A DNA stretch of 64,000 bases, taken from positions 1 to 64,000 of the IMG/VR virus record IMGVR_UViG_3300028666_000022. One strand, given 5' to 3'. The position numbers and the translations under genes were made by a program. The stretch's first letter is position 1. Each line of letters opens with the position of its first letter. Under the pieces are notes generated by a model, which saw nothing but the letters and a program-made list of their open reading frames with translations, searched no databases and was not told the origin of the DNA. Positions 30,536 to 42,642 of the stretch are shown one piece after another.

Positions 30536-32867
30536 TTTATTTTGCAGTTAAAGTATACGCATATTTTGGATCTATTATAATTTCTATTTCTGTTTTACCC
30601 AATTCTATTAATTTAGATGCAACCAATTTATTTGATAATCTTTCACCATCAGTATCAAATATATTTTGTGCAATACTAAATAAATCCATTGGTCTAAATT
30701 GTCTAACATCAATTACAGTAGAATTAAAAGTTATACCTAATTTTGTGTATGTTGTTTTCATTGTGTTATATTTTATTCAGTATCTAAAAAATCGGTTTTA
30801 GTATCATACATTTGTTCGTAGTTTGTATACGTGTATGTTTTGATTCCTGCTGCCTTTGCAGCTTCAATCATAAGTAATATATGTTCTTCCATGATGTTTT
30901 ATTTTATTGGTTTTTCATATCGTTAATTACCTCTTGAAACTTATTTTGCAAATAGGTTGCTTCTTGTTTTGTTAATCTATCTTTGGTTAATACAAAGAAT
31001 GCTGTTTCTTCGTCATTTATTACAACATCAATATTGTAGGTATTACCCTTAACTTTATTTCCTATTGACATTTCAATTGTATTCATGTTATTTTGTTTTA
31101 ATTGGTTTATGAGAACAAATATAAACTATAGTTTATTGTTTTCCAAATTATTTAACACTTATTTTAGTTTAGATTCAAACCAGTCTCTAAATTTAGTCAA
31201 ATATTTATCTGCAATAATAAAACTATATAATAGTAATATATAAAATGCTATGTTACCAAGTGTTGTAAATCCATATGTTGAAATTATTGCTATAGGTAAA
31301 TAGATAATTAATATCAATATTATTATGCAAAACCATTTAATTATTCTCATAATGTTTTAGTTTTTATATACATTAAAATTTAGGTTTCTATTGTTTGGAT
31401 TAAGGGCATATTTAAAATCTATTTCTTCTGGAGGTAAAAGAGAATGATTAATTGTATTAAATTTGTTTGTGTTAGTTCTTAGAAATATTTCATTCATTTC
31501 CTTATTAGGAATTGGATTACTGTACATGATCATTTCTTCAAAAGAAATTACATAGTCTAAGGTTAATTTATTCATGGTTGTTTGTTTTTATTGGTTTATG
31601 ACAGTAAAGATATAACAAGAAAAATTTAAAACCAAATTATTTAACACTTATTATTTTAATAAACTTTATAACCCTTTTCTTTAAGATGAGAAATAGCTTG
31701 GTTATATTCTATTTCAGTTTCATATGATGTTAAATACATATAACCATATAGAGGATTGCTTTTATTCTCTGCTTCTTTCTTTGTTAATTGTCCATATATT
31801 TTATAATATGTTTTTTTTAACTGTATGTTATGTCTTTCACCTATGTAAAACTTTAACTTTTTCATTGCTGTTTGGTTTTTAATTAAGATTCATATTCATT
31901 ACATCTATGTTTGAGATTCCAAGTATATTTGTTTTGATTATAGTTAAATATTATTTCTTTTACGAAGGTAATTATTTCATCATAAGATAAATTATCTAAT
32001 TCAGGCAAATGTTTTTCATTAGGGTAATCTTTAATAAATTTTTTGTTTGATGAGAATTTAAATAAAATATTGCCAGAATATTTACCTAAGAAATTTAAAC
32101 CTACTATTATTATATGTGTTTCTAACTCAAAATTGTGATCATCTCTGATCCTTCTAATATAAACAGTATGATCAGATTCAATAATAGTTCTATTGAATTC
32201 TTTTTCTATTGTTGAGGTATTATTGAATAGGTTTAAAGTTTTCATAATACTTTCTTTTTGGTTTACATCTATATTACGTAAGTTGTATATGATTTGTTAC
32301 AAAGATGTTTATTTAATTCTATATATTATATGTCAGTGCATATAAATTAAGATTAATTTAGTTAATTATATTCTATTACATATAGTATTATGTTCACTCT
32401 TTTTATCTGTTCATTGTAAATGAACATTAGATTATATTGAACACTTTTATTTAGATTTAATATAAATTATGATTTTATTTAAAAATAAACCTCTTTAAAT
32501 TTTTTTATTCTTATATGTTGACATATATTTGTATTCATAAACCAAATAAAACAAAAAACAATATGAAAACTTCAAAAGAAAACATTATTGACAATGCAAT
32601 TAAAGCAAAGTTAAGCAAATTGCTACCTGACAGTAATTTTGGTGTCTTTATTAGACAAACGATATTCTCAATAACTGTTTGGAATTGGGTTATTGTGGCT
32701 AAACGAATGCAAAATTACTTTCCAGAAGAAAAAGAAAACATTCAAAGAATATTAGATTTTAATTTATCAAATAACGAAATAAAAAGATTTGATTATGAAT
32801 AGTATTTTAAGAGAGGTTCTAACACAACCTCTTTTTTATTTTACTATTATTTCATATTTTTTCTAAA

Positions 32868-32944
32868 AATAAGTGTTAAATAATTTTTTTATTTCAAACC
32901 TTTGGTCTATCTTTGTTTTCATAAACCAATAAACAAAAAACAAT
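32868..32944 (+). promoter_or_regulatory. Early promoter/leader cassette (TAAGTGTTAAA...TATCTTTG...ATAAACCAATAAA)
   Basis: Bacteroidota -7 box TAnnTTTG. The same cassette occurs at 33554, 34860, 36355, 36655 and 39403, and on the minus strand at ~31090-31160 and ~31580-31650. Confidence 0.75.
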
Positions 32945-33481
32945 ATGAAAAATTTTAACCAAATTTACGCTCAGTTCTACACTGTAGTATTGAACTTCAT
33001 TTCTTTTAAGCTACATAATTCTGAAGTAGCTGAAGAACTAACAAATGATGTGTTTATTAAGGTAAACAATCATTTAGAACAGTACAATGATAAGTACAGT
33101 TTTAAAACTTGGTTATTTGCAATTGTAAGAAATTGCATTATTGATTATTACCGAAGTGAAGGTAAAAGAAACAATCTTACTGTTAATGTAGGATCATTTG
33201 TTAACGATGAAGGTAAAGAGTTTTTTAGCTTTATCGAAAATGATAGTGCTTCGGACAATGTAGAAAACAACCAGCTCAGTAATAAAATTACTGAAGCACT
33301 TAACAATCTTAAAGGTAATTATAAGCTTGTGGCTGATCTTTTCTTTGTTCATGAAAAACAATATAGCGAAATAGCAGAGATTTTACAAATACCTATCAAT
33401 ACTGTTAAGGTAACATTAATGAGAGCCAAAGAAATGTTACAAACTGAATTAGTGCAGGAATATGAAAACATGTTAGCTTAA
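32945..33481 (+). CDS. ECF-type RNA polymerase sigma factor
   Basis: Region 2 AEELTNDVFIKV..SFKTWLFAIVRNCIIDYYR; region 4 YSEIAEILQIPINTVKVTLMRAKEML. Confidence 0.93.
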   Translation: MKNFNQIYAQFYTVVLNFISFKLHNSEVAEELTNDVFIKVNNHLEQYNDKYSFKTWLFAIVRNCIIDYYRSEGKRNNLTVNVGSFVNDEGKEFFSFIENDSASDNVENNQLSNKITEALNNLKGNYKLVADLFFVHEKQYSEIAEILQIPINTVKVTLMRAKEMLQTELVQEYENMLA

Positions 33482-33553
33482 GAAAATTTAATAAAAAACT
33501 ATTATTTTTAAAGAGGTTATTTATTGACCTCTTTTTATTTTACTATTTTTCAT

Positions 33554-33621
33554 AAAATAAGTGTTAAAAAATTTGGTTTTAAACCTTTCTTGACTTATCT
33601 TTGTTTGTATAAACCAATAAA
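33554..33621 (+). repeat. 68-nt promoter/leader repeat, copy 1
   Basis: Identical to 36355-36422. Confidence 0.85.
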
Positions 33622-34395
33622 CAAAAACTATTATGAAAGCAAAAATTAAAACAATAGATATTCAAGCCAAAGAATGGTTTGATAAAGTAAACGGTAATTC
33701 TTATTTTTCTGCAACAGTAACAATAAACTTCGGTTTAAAAAGTGAAGAGAGTTTCTTTATTCCTTTGCATTATGGCTATGGTGATCAGTATAGCCACGAA
33801 GCATTTAAACAATTAATTGCAAAGGGATATTTTAAGAATGTTCCTAAAAATATTGCTTATTGTAATTTCTTTGAAGAAAATAAAATTATCTTTAGAGCCA
33901 GTATATATAAGAATTGCTTAAAACGTGAATTAAGTTATTAAATACTTATTGGAACATTTACCACAATTTAAAATAAAGTGGTGAATGTTCTCTTTTATTA
34001 ATTTTCTTAAACCAAACCACAATGAATATAAAGGAATTACCTAAAGGCACTGCACTATATGAATATAATCAATTATCTTTGAGTGCTAAAGAAATAGCCA
34101 GAAAAGAAATAATTGCAATAGGACTACAATATTATAATATTGATTTAAATAAATATAAAGCAAAAAGTAAAAACGAATATTCATTTTTGTATTAATTCAC
34201 CTCAATTTAGATATCTCATGAGCAGAAAAATACAGATTAATAAATTAAATATACTTAAATATTGTGAGAACTATATAATTAGTAATGTTTCTCATTTTAC
34301 TGTAGAAGGGAATTACGTAACTTTTTTTATTAAATAATACAGAATTTTTGTAACAAATAAGATTTAATTACGTATAATATTAAAACAAAACAACA

Positions 34396-34752
34396 ATGAA
34401 ATATAGATATAGAAAGACAAACTTTATGGTAAGGTTCTTTAAAAACTTTTTTAAAGAAAAAGGTAAAAAGTTATCTTCAAGTAAGGAAATGAGTTATAAA
34501 TTTCATATAAGATCTTTTTTTGATGGTTCAGAATATGTAGAACCTATGGTTAATGTTTCTTTATCTTCTTTAGGTATAACAAACCTTTCTTTTAGAAAGT
34601 TCAAGAAAGAAATTGTAATTACAATAACACTTGAAAGACCGGGGTTATTAATTGGTAAAGGAGGATCAACTATTAATAGATTAGAATCTTATCTTTCTAC
34701 TCCTGAATTGCCTGTAAATATAGAAATAATTGAGTCAAGGCTTTGGAATTAA
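34396..34752 (+). CDS. Type II KH-domain RNA-binding protein (resembles the ribosomal protein S3 KH domain)
   Basis: ITITLERPGLLIGKGGSTINRL..VNIEIIE (GxxG loop). Confidence 0.8.
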   Translation: MKYRYRKTNFMVRFFKNFFKEKGKKLSSSKEMSYKFHIRSFFDGSEYVEPMVNVSLSSLGITNLSFRKFKKEIVITITLERPGLLIGKGGSTINRLESYLSTPELPVNIEIIESRLWN

Positions 34753-34759
34753 AAATACA

Positions 34760-34829
34760 TTCATAATATTGGTTTATTGGTTTGGTTTAAAAATCCCTTG
34801 ATTATAGAAATATATTTCAGGGGATTTTT
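34760..34829 (+). ncRNA. Anti-leader element plus terminator, copy 1
   Basis: TTCATAATATTGGTTTATTGGTTTGGTTT followed by an AATCCC/GGGATT hairpin and U-tract. Confidence 0.55.
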
Positions 34830-34941
34830 ATTTATAATGATTTTAAATTAAAACTTTATTAAAAATAAACCCTAATAAATTTTTTTATTCTAGGGTTTTG
34901 ATCTATCTTTGATACCATAAACCAATAAACAAATAATAATT

Positions 34942-35751
34942 ATGAAAACAATTGAAACATACTTACCAATATTTCCGGGGTTTTATGAAACAATGTTTGA
35001 ACCCTATGAAGATAATGAGATCGATCATTTCAATGACTTAAGGATTGAAAACAAATTAACTCCAGTTACTTATGATCAATTTAAGTTTGATTATGAAGAG
35101 TATGAAAACTCAATAGGTAAACAATGTTGTGTATTTATTGAAAATCAATTAAGTTCTTACATAAGTGAAATTAAATTTCAATCAATTTGCTCACCAAGAG
35201 AATATAACTTCGCAAACGATTCAATTAACTGTGAAGTTCTTTTGTCTGATGAGAACATTTTATCAATCAAAAACTTTATAGAATCTCATTCAAAGGAATT
35301 CGAAACATACATAAAAGATAACTATAGTTCTTATGATGGTTTCTTTTCTCATTATTCTAATAATCCTAATGAATGGATTAACGAACTTGATAAGGCATTA
35401 GAACATAAACACCAATTAGGTAGTATTCTAAATTTCATTTGCTTGTGCTTAGATGTTAACGAAAGTGATATGTTTGAAGCTTGTAGCGATATTTATTTTC
35501 AACCTGAAAATAGTGAAGATTTAGAGTATAATGAATTTTGCCCGGTTTGTAAAGAGTTTGTTTCTGTAAATAGTTTTGCTGGTAATTGCTGTACAACTTG
35601 CAGGGATGAAAAAATATCTAATTTCGAGTTGTTCTTATGTTCTAAGTGTAAAGACGAGATAACCAATGTACAAGAAAAAAGACATTTAACATATCAATTA
35701 TTACACGGGCTAACATTGTACAGTGAAATACTATGCAATAAATGTCAATAA
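34942..35751 (+). CDS. Early acidic phage protein with a C-terminal Cys cluster
   Basis: FPGFYET, SPREYNF, SYDGFFS, several CxxC motifs; early cassette upstream. Confidence 0.6.
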   Translation: MKTIETYLPIFPGFYETMFEPYEDNEIDHFNDLRIENKLTPVTYDQFKFDYEEYENSIGKQCCVFIENQLSSYISEIKFQSICSPREYNFANDSINCEVLLSDENILSIKNFIESHSKEFETYIKDNYSSYDGFFSHYSNNPNEWINELDKALEHKHQLGSILNFICLCLDVNESDMFEACSDIYFQPENSEDLEYNEFCPVCKEFVSVNSFAGNCCTTCRDEKISNFELFLCSKCKDEITNVQEKRHLTYQLLHGLTLYSEILCNKCQ

Positions 35752-36354
35752 GATTATTGTAACCTTATTCAATTAATTACGTATAAGAAATATAAACCAA
35801 TAAAAACAAAATATTATGAGCAGTGATACTAAATTTTATACTCCGGTAAAACCTTCATTTAATGAAATAATGATCGTTTTAAAATTAGAATTCGAGAATG
35901 TAATGATAATTGACGATAACAAAAAAGATGAATTTCGCTTTTTTCGTGTTATGTTAACTTACCAAGGTGAAGAGAGAATGATGTGGGTTTTCTTTGATTC
36001 ACCTGATTTTGATAAAGAAAAACCTCATACATGCTTTGATTTAGGTGCATATAGTAATAGTGTTGAGATTATGCAAACCATTGCAAAGTATTTCGGCGGC
36101 TGGTTAATCGAAAATGATTGTAATGATAATATTAAACCTTATTACATTGAAAACAATTGTTCAATTGATAAGAAAAATTCAGATTATCTTTATGAAGCAC
36201 TTGCAAAAGAATTCAGCTATAAAGATGTTGAAAAACTCTGTAAGTTTATTCAGGAAAACAAAAAGCTTATTACCGATCTTAATTTTGGTTTAAAATAAAA
36301 TACTATAATAGATTGATTTTTTAAAGAGGTTCTAATAGACCTCTTTTTTATTTA

Positions 36355-36422
36355 AAAATAAGTGTTAAAAAATTTGGTTTTAAACCTTTCTTGACTTATC
36401 TTTGTTTGTATAAACCAATAAA
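36355..36422 (+). repeat. 68-nt promoter/leader repeat, copy 2
   Basis: Identical to 33554-33621. Confidence 0.85.
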
Positions 36423-38390
36423 AACAAAATGATAATAATTGCAAACATAAGATATGCTGATGAACCAAGCGAATTGATTCCATTAACTAAAATGAATATT
36501 AAATTTGTTAAAAGATATGGCGATACAAAAATAGGTTATTATTCTCTTAATTATAATGATGTTAATAATTTTGGATATGCTTCATTAGGTAAAGAATTAC
36601 CCGAAAGTTATTTCTTAAATAAGAAAGTAAAATATATTAATTCAAAATACATTAAATAAGTGTTAAATAATTTGGAATACATAAACTTTTGTTATATCTT
36701 TGATAGCATAAACCAATAAACAAATAAGATTATGAAAACTAAAGTAAATAATACCAGAAAAGAAATTACCTACAACAAAATAGTTAATTTTGAAAACAAT
36801 GAAATTACTGTCTTAGATGGTGTATTCAATTATGGTGACATACATAATGAAGGTAAAGTTTTTAAGGGTGCAACGGGTTCAAAATTTGAGGTTGTTTCAA
36901 AAAAACAGTATTGTAATACAATGCAAAAAAAGAACGTAATTGATAAATTGGAGGATCTTGAAATTCCTGAACATTTTGGCAAGGGTAAAAGTGCTTTAAA
37001 TAAATGTTATTTAGCAATGAAAGTAAATAATGAGATTGAAGATTTTATGTTTGATCTTAGTTATTTTGAATTGTGGGATTATTTAAGAGAAGAACTTAAT
37101 TTAAGTTTAGATCAGGCATATATTTTTAATTGTATTGGTGGTGGTCGTTGTTTTGAAAAAGATTTTCAGGGCAATATTAACCCTGAATTATCAGAAGTAA
37201 TAAGAGAATACGAAAGCTAATAATTAATGTACTTTTTGCCCTGCTCTGAAATAAAAGCAGGGTTTAGTTAGTAGAAACCAAAAGATATGATGTTATGAAA
37301 AATATTATAATTGATAACTACCTAAAAGCTAAATCAGTGTTTAATAAGGCTGATGAAGATTTACACAAATATTTCAAAAAGAAACATGAGAAAAGTATTA
37401 ATGATGCAACCTCATTAGAAGAACTTAATCAAATAAAAGAACAATTGAGAATTATGCCAGAGAGTGTGGGAAAAGTTCTTTTGTTTAGAGAAATTATAAT
37501 TAAAGAAGAAAATATTAAACAATCTTTGTAACAAACAATGTCCAATGTACGTATAGTATATATAAATCAATAAACAAATAATGTCATGAGCTATAGAATA
37601 ACTAAAAAAGATATTGAAAGACAAGTTAATATTTTAGCTGAACTTTCAAATACAAAGAAAACCGAAGATTGTAAGCAATACCTTGCTATTGATTATGCAC
37701 CTGTTTATGGTGGTTATCGTTTGGTAATGGTAGGAAGTGAAAACGGTGCACATTACGGTGCATTTAATCAATCTTCATGCTGTAGTAGAATGAGTGCAAA
37801 AGAATTTAGTTTTTATCTTAGTGGTTTAATTTCTGGTATTGAATCAGTAAAGAAAAATAGTGTTATAGGAAATTTATAATTAAGTTTCCTTCTTAAACAT
37901 TTTATTTTTATTATACATTTTTAAACCAAAACAATTATGAACCAGTCAATAAAATACTTTGAAGTCTTTAGAAGTAAATTTGATAAGAAAAATAATATTG
38001 CTTCTATCAATACTATTGCTATTTTCACAGATACTTTTAAAAGAATTAGTGATAACTATACACAATGTTCATTTAAAAATTATGGGTATGAGTGCTTAAT
38101 GCCAATGGCTATGAAAAAATATGTAGCTATTAAGGCAGTAACAGCACAATTCATAAATGATTGTTGTAAAGAGATAACAGTTGATAAGGTAGATCAAATA
38201 TTAATACAGGAAGTTAACAAAAGATAAAACGATCAATGTACATATTAATAACTGAGATTATGAAAATATAAATATTAATTTTTCATAAGGGATTTTTTAT
38301 AATTTTTTATAAAAAAGATTCTAAAGAAATAGAAAAGAGAAAAAAGTTTTGTGTGTAAGCCCCCAAAAAGTAATAATATTTACAAATAAT

Positions 38391-38492
38391 ATGAAAAACA
38401 AAGAACTAAGATCAAAACTAAATTTAGAACTAAATTCAGAACTATATTCAGAACTAAGATCAGAACTAGATTCAGAACTAACTTCAATATAA
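38391..38492 (+). CDS. SELx-repeat micro-protein (33 aa)
   Basis: MKNKELRSKLNLELNSELYSELRSELDSELTSI*, built from 12-nt TCAGAACTANNN units. Confidence 0.6.
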   Translation: MKNKELRSKLNLELNSELYSELRSELDSELTSI

Positions 38493-38669
38493 GAATTAAT
38501 AAATTATCCCATACTACCAACAATATTTAATATTAATTATTGTTACAAACTCAGTATTAATGCTATTTATTGAAAGGTTCATTAACAGTATGTTTTACAT
38601 ATTTTTATATAGTTAAAGTACAATTAAAACATAATTAACTTGGTTAAAATCAAATTTAGAAAAAGCATT

Positions 38670-38855
38670 ATGAAAAACAAAGAACTATATTCAGAACTAA
38701 ATTCAGAACTATATTCAGAACTAAGATCAGAACTAGATTCAGAACTATATTCAGAACTAAATTTAGAACTAAGATCAAAACTATATTCAGAACTATATTC
38801 AGAACTAAATTCAGAACTAGATTCAGAACTAAATTCAGAACTATCTTCAATATAA
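38670..38855 (+). CDS. SELx-repeat micro-protein (61 aa); 12-nt tandem repeat
   Basis: MKNKELY(SELx)n..SSI*. Shares its start (ATGAAAAACAAAGAACTA) and 3' flank (CTTCAATATAAGAATTAATAAATTA) with 38391-38492. Confidence 0.7.
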   Translation: MKNKELYSELNSELYSELRSELDSELYSELNLELRSKLYSELYSELNSELDSELNSELSSI

Positions 38856-38933
38856 GAATTAATAAATTAACCTTCCTGTAACAAAAGATATTTATTCTCG
38901 TATAGTATTTTATAAACCAAAAATAAAACTATT

Positions 38934-39392
38934 ATGACACCAGAAGAAATAATAAACGGGAATATATTAATAGCTGAATTTTTAAATTGGGACACCTGCG
39001 AATATATTCAAAGAATAACTAACTCAAAACATCCTTTATATAAGATTAAAAAAGAACCAATAACAGTTTTTTGTTTACCAATTGATCACCCTATTGTTAA
39101 CGATATCTATACAGATAGACCCGGATTTAGTTGGAATTATGACAAAGAAGATGAAAACGGGAATACTATAATAAGATTAATATTCTTTAATGAAGATTTA
39201 ATTTTTCACTCTTCATGGAATTGGTTAATACCAGTTATTGATAAAATTACCTCAACAAATGATTATTTTGATTTTAAAGATAAAACAACTAGCATTGTAG
39301 ATGAAGGAGGTATTTTTATTAATTACAGGTTTATTGAAAACACATTTGAGCAAGTAATAGAGTTTATTAAGTATTATAATAGTATTCAATAA
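38934..39392 (+). CDS. Conserved hypothetical phage protein
   Basis: NILIAEFL...FHSSWNWLIPVIDKI...V.EFIK.YN pattern, recalled from Bacteroidota phages. Confidence 0.6.
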   Translation: MTPEEIINGNILIAEFLNWDTCEYIQRITNSKHPLYKIKKEPITVFCLPIDHPIVNDIYTDRPGFSWNYDKEDENGNTIIRLIFFNEDLIFHSSWNWLIPVIDKITSTNDYFDFKDKTTSIVDEGGIFINYRFIENTFEQVIEFIKYYNSIQ

Positions 39393-39481
39393 TATTATTT
39401 TAAAAATAAGTGTTAAAAAATTAGGTTTTAAACTTTTCTTGTTATATATTTGTACTCATAAACCAATAAATAAAAAACATT

Positions 39482-40063
39482 ATGGAAACCAATACAAATT
39501 TATTAAAAGCATTAGCCTTAATGCAATTCTTAGGTAATAATTATATTCTAATTAATGATACTGAAGATCCTGATCTTTTTCAGGCTTTTGAAGGTAATGA
39601 AATAGAAGAAAGAGATAAATATATTTTATATTGTTTCGAAAAAAATCTTACTGAAGAAGATTTTACCTTTCTTGAGTTCTGTAATGAAAACCTTACCGAA
39701 GTAGAAGGAATTGAAGGCGATGAAGAAAGAGAGAATTATATGGTTTTAACTGATGAAGAAGCTCAAGAAAAAGTAACCGAATATATAAAAGAATCTATTT
39801 GGGCTTTTAATGCTGATTTTATTATCGGTGAATGTGAATTGGATTTTTCAGGTGAAAAAAGTTTACAAAAAATGCAAAGTGATTCTTGTGAAAATTGTAA
39901 CGATTTTTTACTATCATTAGTTGAAAAAACCTGTGGTATTGAGACATTTGTTGACGATGCAATAAGATCAGATGGTAGAGGCCATTTTATGAGTTCTTAT
40001 GATAGTAATGAAAATGAAGAAACTGTAGAAGGTGAAACATTTTATATTTATAGAATAAATTAA
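39482..40063 (+). CDS. Acidic early phage protein
   Basis: YMVLTDEEA, WAFNADFI, DGRGHFMSSYD..E, YIYRIN; early cassette upstream. Confidence 0.6.
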   Translation: METNTNLLKALALMQFLGNNYILINDTEDPDLFQAFEGNEIEERDKYILYCFEKNLTEEDFTFLEFCNENLTEVEGIEGDEERENYMVLTDEEAQEKVTEYIKESIWAFNADFIIGECELDFSGEKSLQKMQSDSCENCNDFLLSLVEKTCGIETFVDDAIRSDGRGHFMSSYDSNENEETVEGETFYIYRIN

Positions 40064-41404
40064 GTTTTCCTGCTTAAACTTAATAAAACACCTTAGATAA
40101 TTGTAACATTGTTTAAGGTGTTTACGTATAATGTACAAACCAAAATAATATGATTATGGAAACCAATAATATTAAATATGCTTTAACATTAAGAGAAATA
40201 TCTAACGATGCTTTTGTACGTATACCAATAAGAGAAATTAATAATTGGTATGTGGGTAATATTAATCCACTAACATTTTATAAGAATGTACTAAAGGAAT
40301 TTTTTAAAAAAGAATTAGAACCGATAAAAGAATCTAATTATTATAATTCAACTATTGATATATTAATTGCTAACGAAGTGAATATTTATAGTGATTTTTT
40401 TGGTTATTACAATAGTAGATTAATATATAAAAATGAATTTTTGTTTTTAAATCCAGAACCTTATAATGGTTCTCAGTCAGATTTTATGCTAAAATATGAT
40501 GAAACATTATTATCTTATTTGTAACAATATTCTAATTTAATACGTATAATATCAATGTACATAACTAATATTGTAATTATGGAACCGAAATATATTGCAC
40601 AGGGTTTAGCTGAAACTTGGAAGAAAGAAAAATTAAAAGATAGTGAAAATAATAAAGTAGCTCCTTTAATGAGATTTTTAGAATTTAATTATAATGAGAG
40701 ATATGTTGCTCTTTGTTATAGATTAAATATTACTCCTGTTTCTTTAGGTAAATGGTTAAGGAAAGAAATTAAAGATGTAGTTTAAATACAATGTACAAAT
40801 AGTTTAATTTAAAACATACTGAAATGAAAAAGGGTTATGTAATTTACAAAATTTTTGATAAGACATATTTTTTTGGTGCTAATCCTAAACCGATCTTTTC
40901 TTCTGATAATTGGATTATATTTGATACAGAAGAACAAGCAATAAACAGATTAAAAGAAGAGTATGAACTATTTGAAACATATTTTGAAGGACAATATTTA
41001 ATTATTATTCCTATTATATATTTTGAATATTAGATCAATGTACATAACTAATACAATAATATCATGTATAACTATAAAGAAGAAAGAGAAAAGATATTTA
41101 CAGAACAAGGTCAAAAATTGTTTATTAAAATAAGAGATAAATCTAAGGAATTATTATATATTTCTGGTGCTTTTAGATTAGATAAAGTAATTGAAGGTTG
41201 TTTGGGTAATAGTTGGGTTATGCTTGCTTGTATTGATTATTTAGTCGAAACAAAAGAAATTATAGAAGTAAATAAAGATCAGGAAATAGCTGCACAACAC
41301 AGAGTTTTTGTTAAAGGATAAATAAAACGTTTTCTATTGTAACAATATCCATTAAACATACGTATAATTAAAATAATAATATTAAATATAATAAATTTTA
41401 AAAT

Positions 41405-42379
41405 ATGAGACACATTAATAACCTTAAAAAAATTAACGATTTTCTTTTATCCTTAGATATTCCTTTTAGAAATGAAGGAAATATTTTTTATTTAAACGAA
41501 GACAAATTTCAAATTCGTTATGTAGATTCAGAAAATCATAAAATGGATTATGAGAAAAGATTTGGCATTAAAGGCATTCCACATAATTACTTTATTAACA
41601 TAACAAAAAAGAATAAAGAATTAGGCATTAGAACGATGTGGATCAAAGATTGGGAATTAGAGGAAACTAAAACAATTACTAGTATAGAAGGAAATGTATT
41701 GACTGATTATAACCGTAAATGGAATGTTTTACAGTCATATATTAAAACTGCAACGGGTAAAATTAATAACCGTGTCTTTGCCAGAGATTGTGAAATAAAA
41801 CAAATAACAAATAAAGAACTTAGACCGTTTTTAGATGAAAATTGTTTCTACGGTTATAGAAGTTCTAATATTAATTTGGGTTTATATCTTAAGAAAGATA
41901 AGAATAATGTTAAAGCTGGTACATTATTAATGTGCTATACATTTGGACACCCTTTCTTTGGAAAGGGTTTGTACGATGTTGAAATAATTAGGGTAGCTAC
42001 AAAACTAAATCACCAAGTAATTGGCGGTGCAAGTAAATTATTAACTAATTTCTTAAAAAATTATCCGGTTTTGAATATAGCTGGTAAAGAAGTTAATGTT
42101 AATAAAATAGTTTTTATAGTCGATGCTGATCACAATGATGCTAAATCTTTAGATACTTTAGGTTTTACTTTTGTCAGTCATTCTGGTAATGGTTTTATGA
42201 ATGTTGAGGCAGCAACAGGAAAAGTATTTCATCGTCAACCAATGCACCATAAACTTATCATGGAAAGAATGGCAAAGGGTGAAGTTTATAGCGTTGCTAA
42301 TGCTGGCTCAATTATTTATACAATAGATAAAAATGAGTATTTGAAAAAACTTGATAATAAAACAGAGGTTGAAAACTAA
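41405..42379 (+). CDS. Hef-like / GNAT-fold (Mom-like) phage protein
   Basis: FARDCEIKQI..FLDENCFYG..LGLY..YTFG..EIIRVATKLNHQVIGGASKLL..D..LGF; ECF-type promoter upstream. Confidence 0.6.
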   Translation: MRHINNLKKINDFLLSLDIPFRNEGNIFYLNEDKFQIRYVDSENHKMDYEKRFGIKGIPHNYFINITKKNKELGIRTMWIKDWELEETKTITSIEGNVLTDYNRKWNVLQSYIKTATGKINNRVFARDCEIKQITNKELRPFLDENCFYGYRSSNINLGLYLKKDKNNVKAGTLLMCYTFGHPFFGKGLYDVEIIRVATKLNHQVIGGASKLLTNFLKNYPVLNIAGKEVNVNKIVFIVDADHNDAKSLDTLGFTFVSHSGNGFMNVEAATGKVFHRQPMHHKLIMERMAKGEVYSVANAGSIIYTIDKNEYLKKLDNKTEVEN

Positions 42380-42642
42380 TTTGTAAAATAGAGAAATTTT
42401 ATAAATATCTATTCTTACAATGTCCACTTAAGATCGTATAATGTACAAACAACTTAATAAAAACAATTATGAATTACACTGAAATAGAAATTGAAACCAT
42501 TAAAGCTAATGCCTTTGATAAGGGCTGGAGATATGGTTTATTTACTGGTTTAACAATTGTATTAATATGTTTTATTGTTGCGTGTATTTTAATATAACAT
42601 TATTGTAACAATGTCCATAAAATATACGTATATTATAACATA

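Noticed and set aside
34396-34752. Full ribosomal protein S3 (rpsC)
   Set aside because: Only the KH motif matches; the S3 N-terminal signature and C-terminal domain are absent.
38391-38855. CRISPR array
   Set aside because: The 12-nt units are contiguous with no unique spacers and stay in frame as SELx; no cas genes are present.
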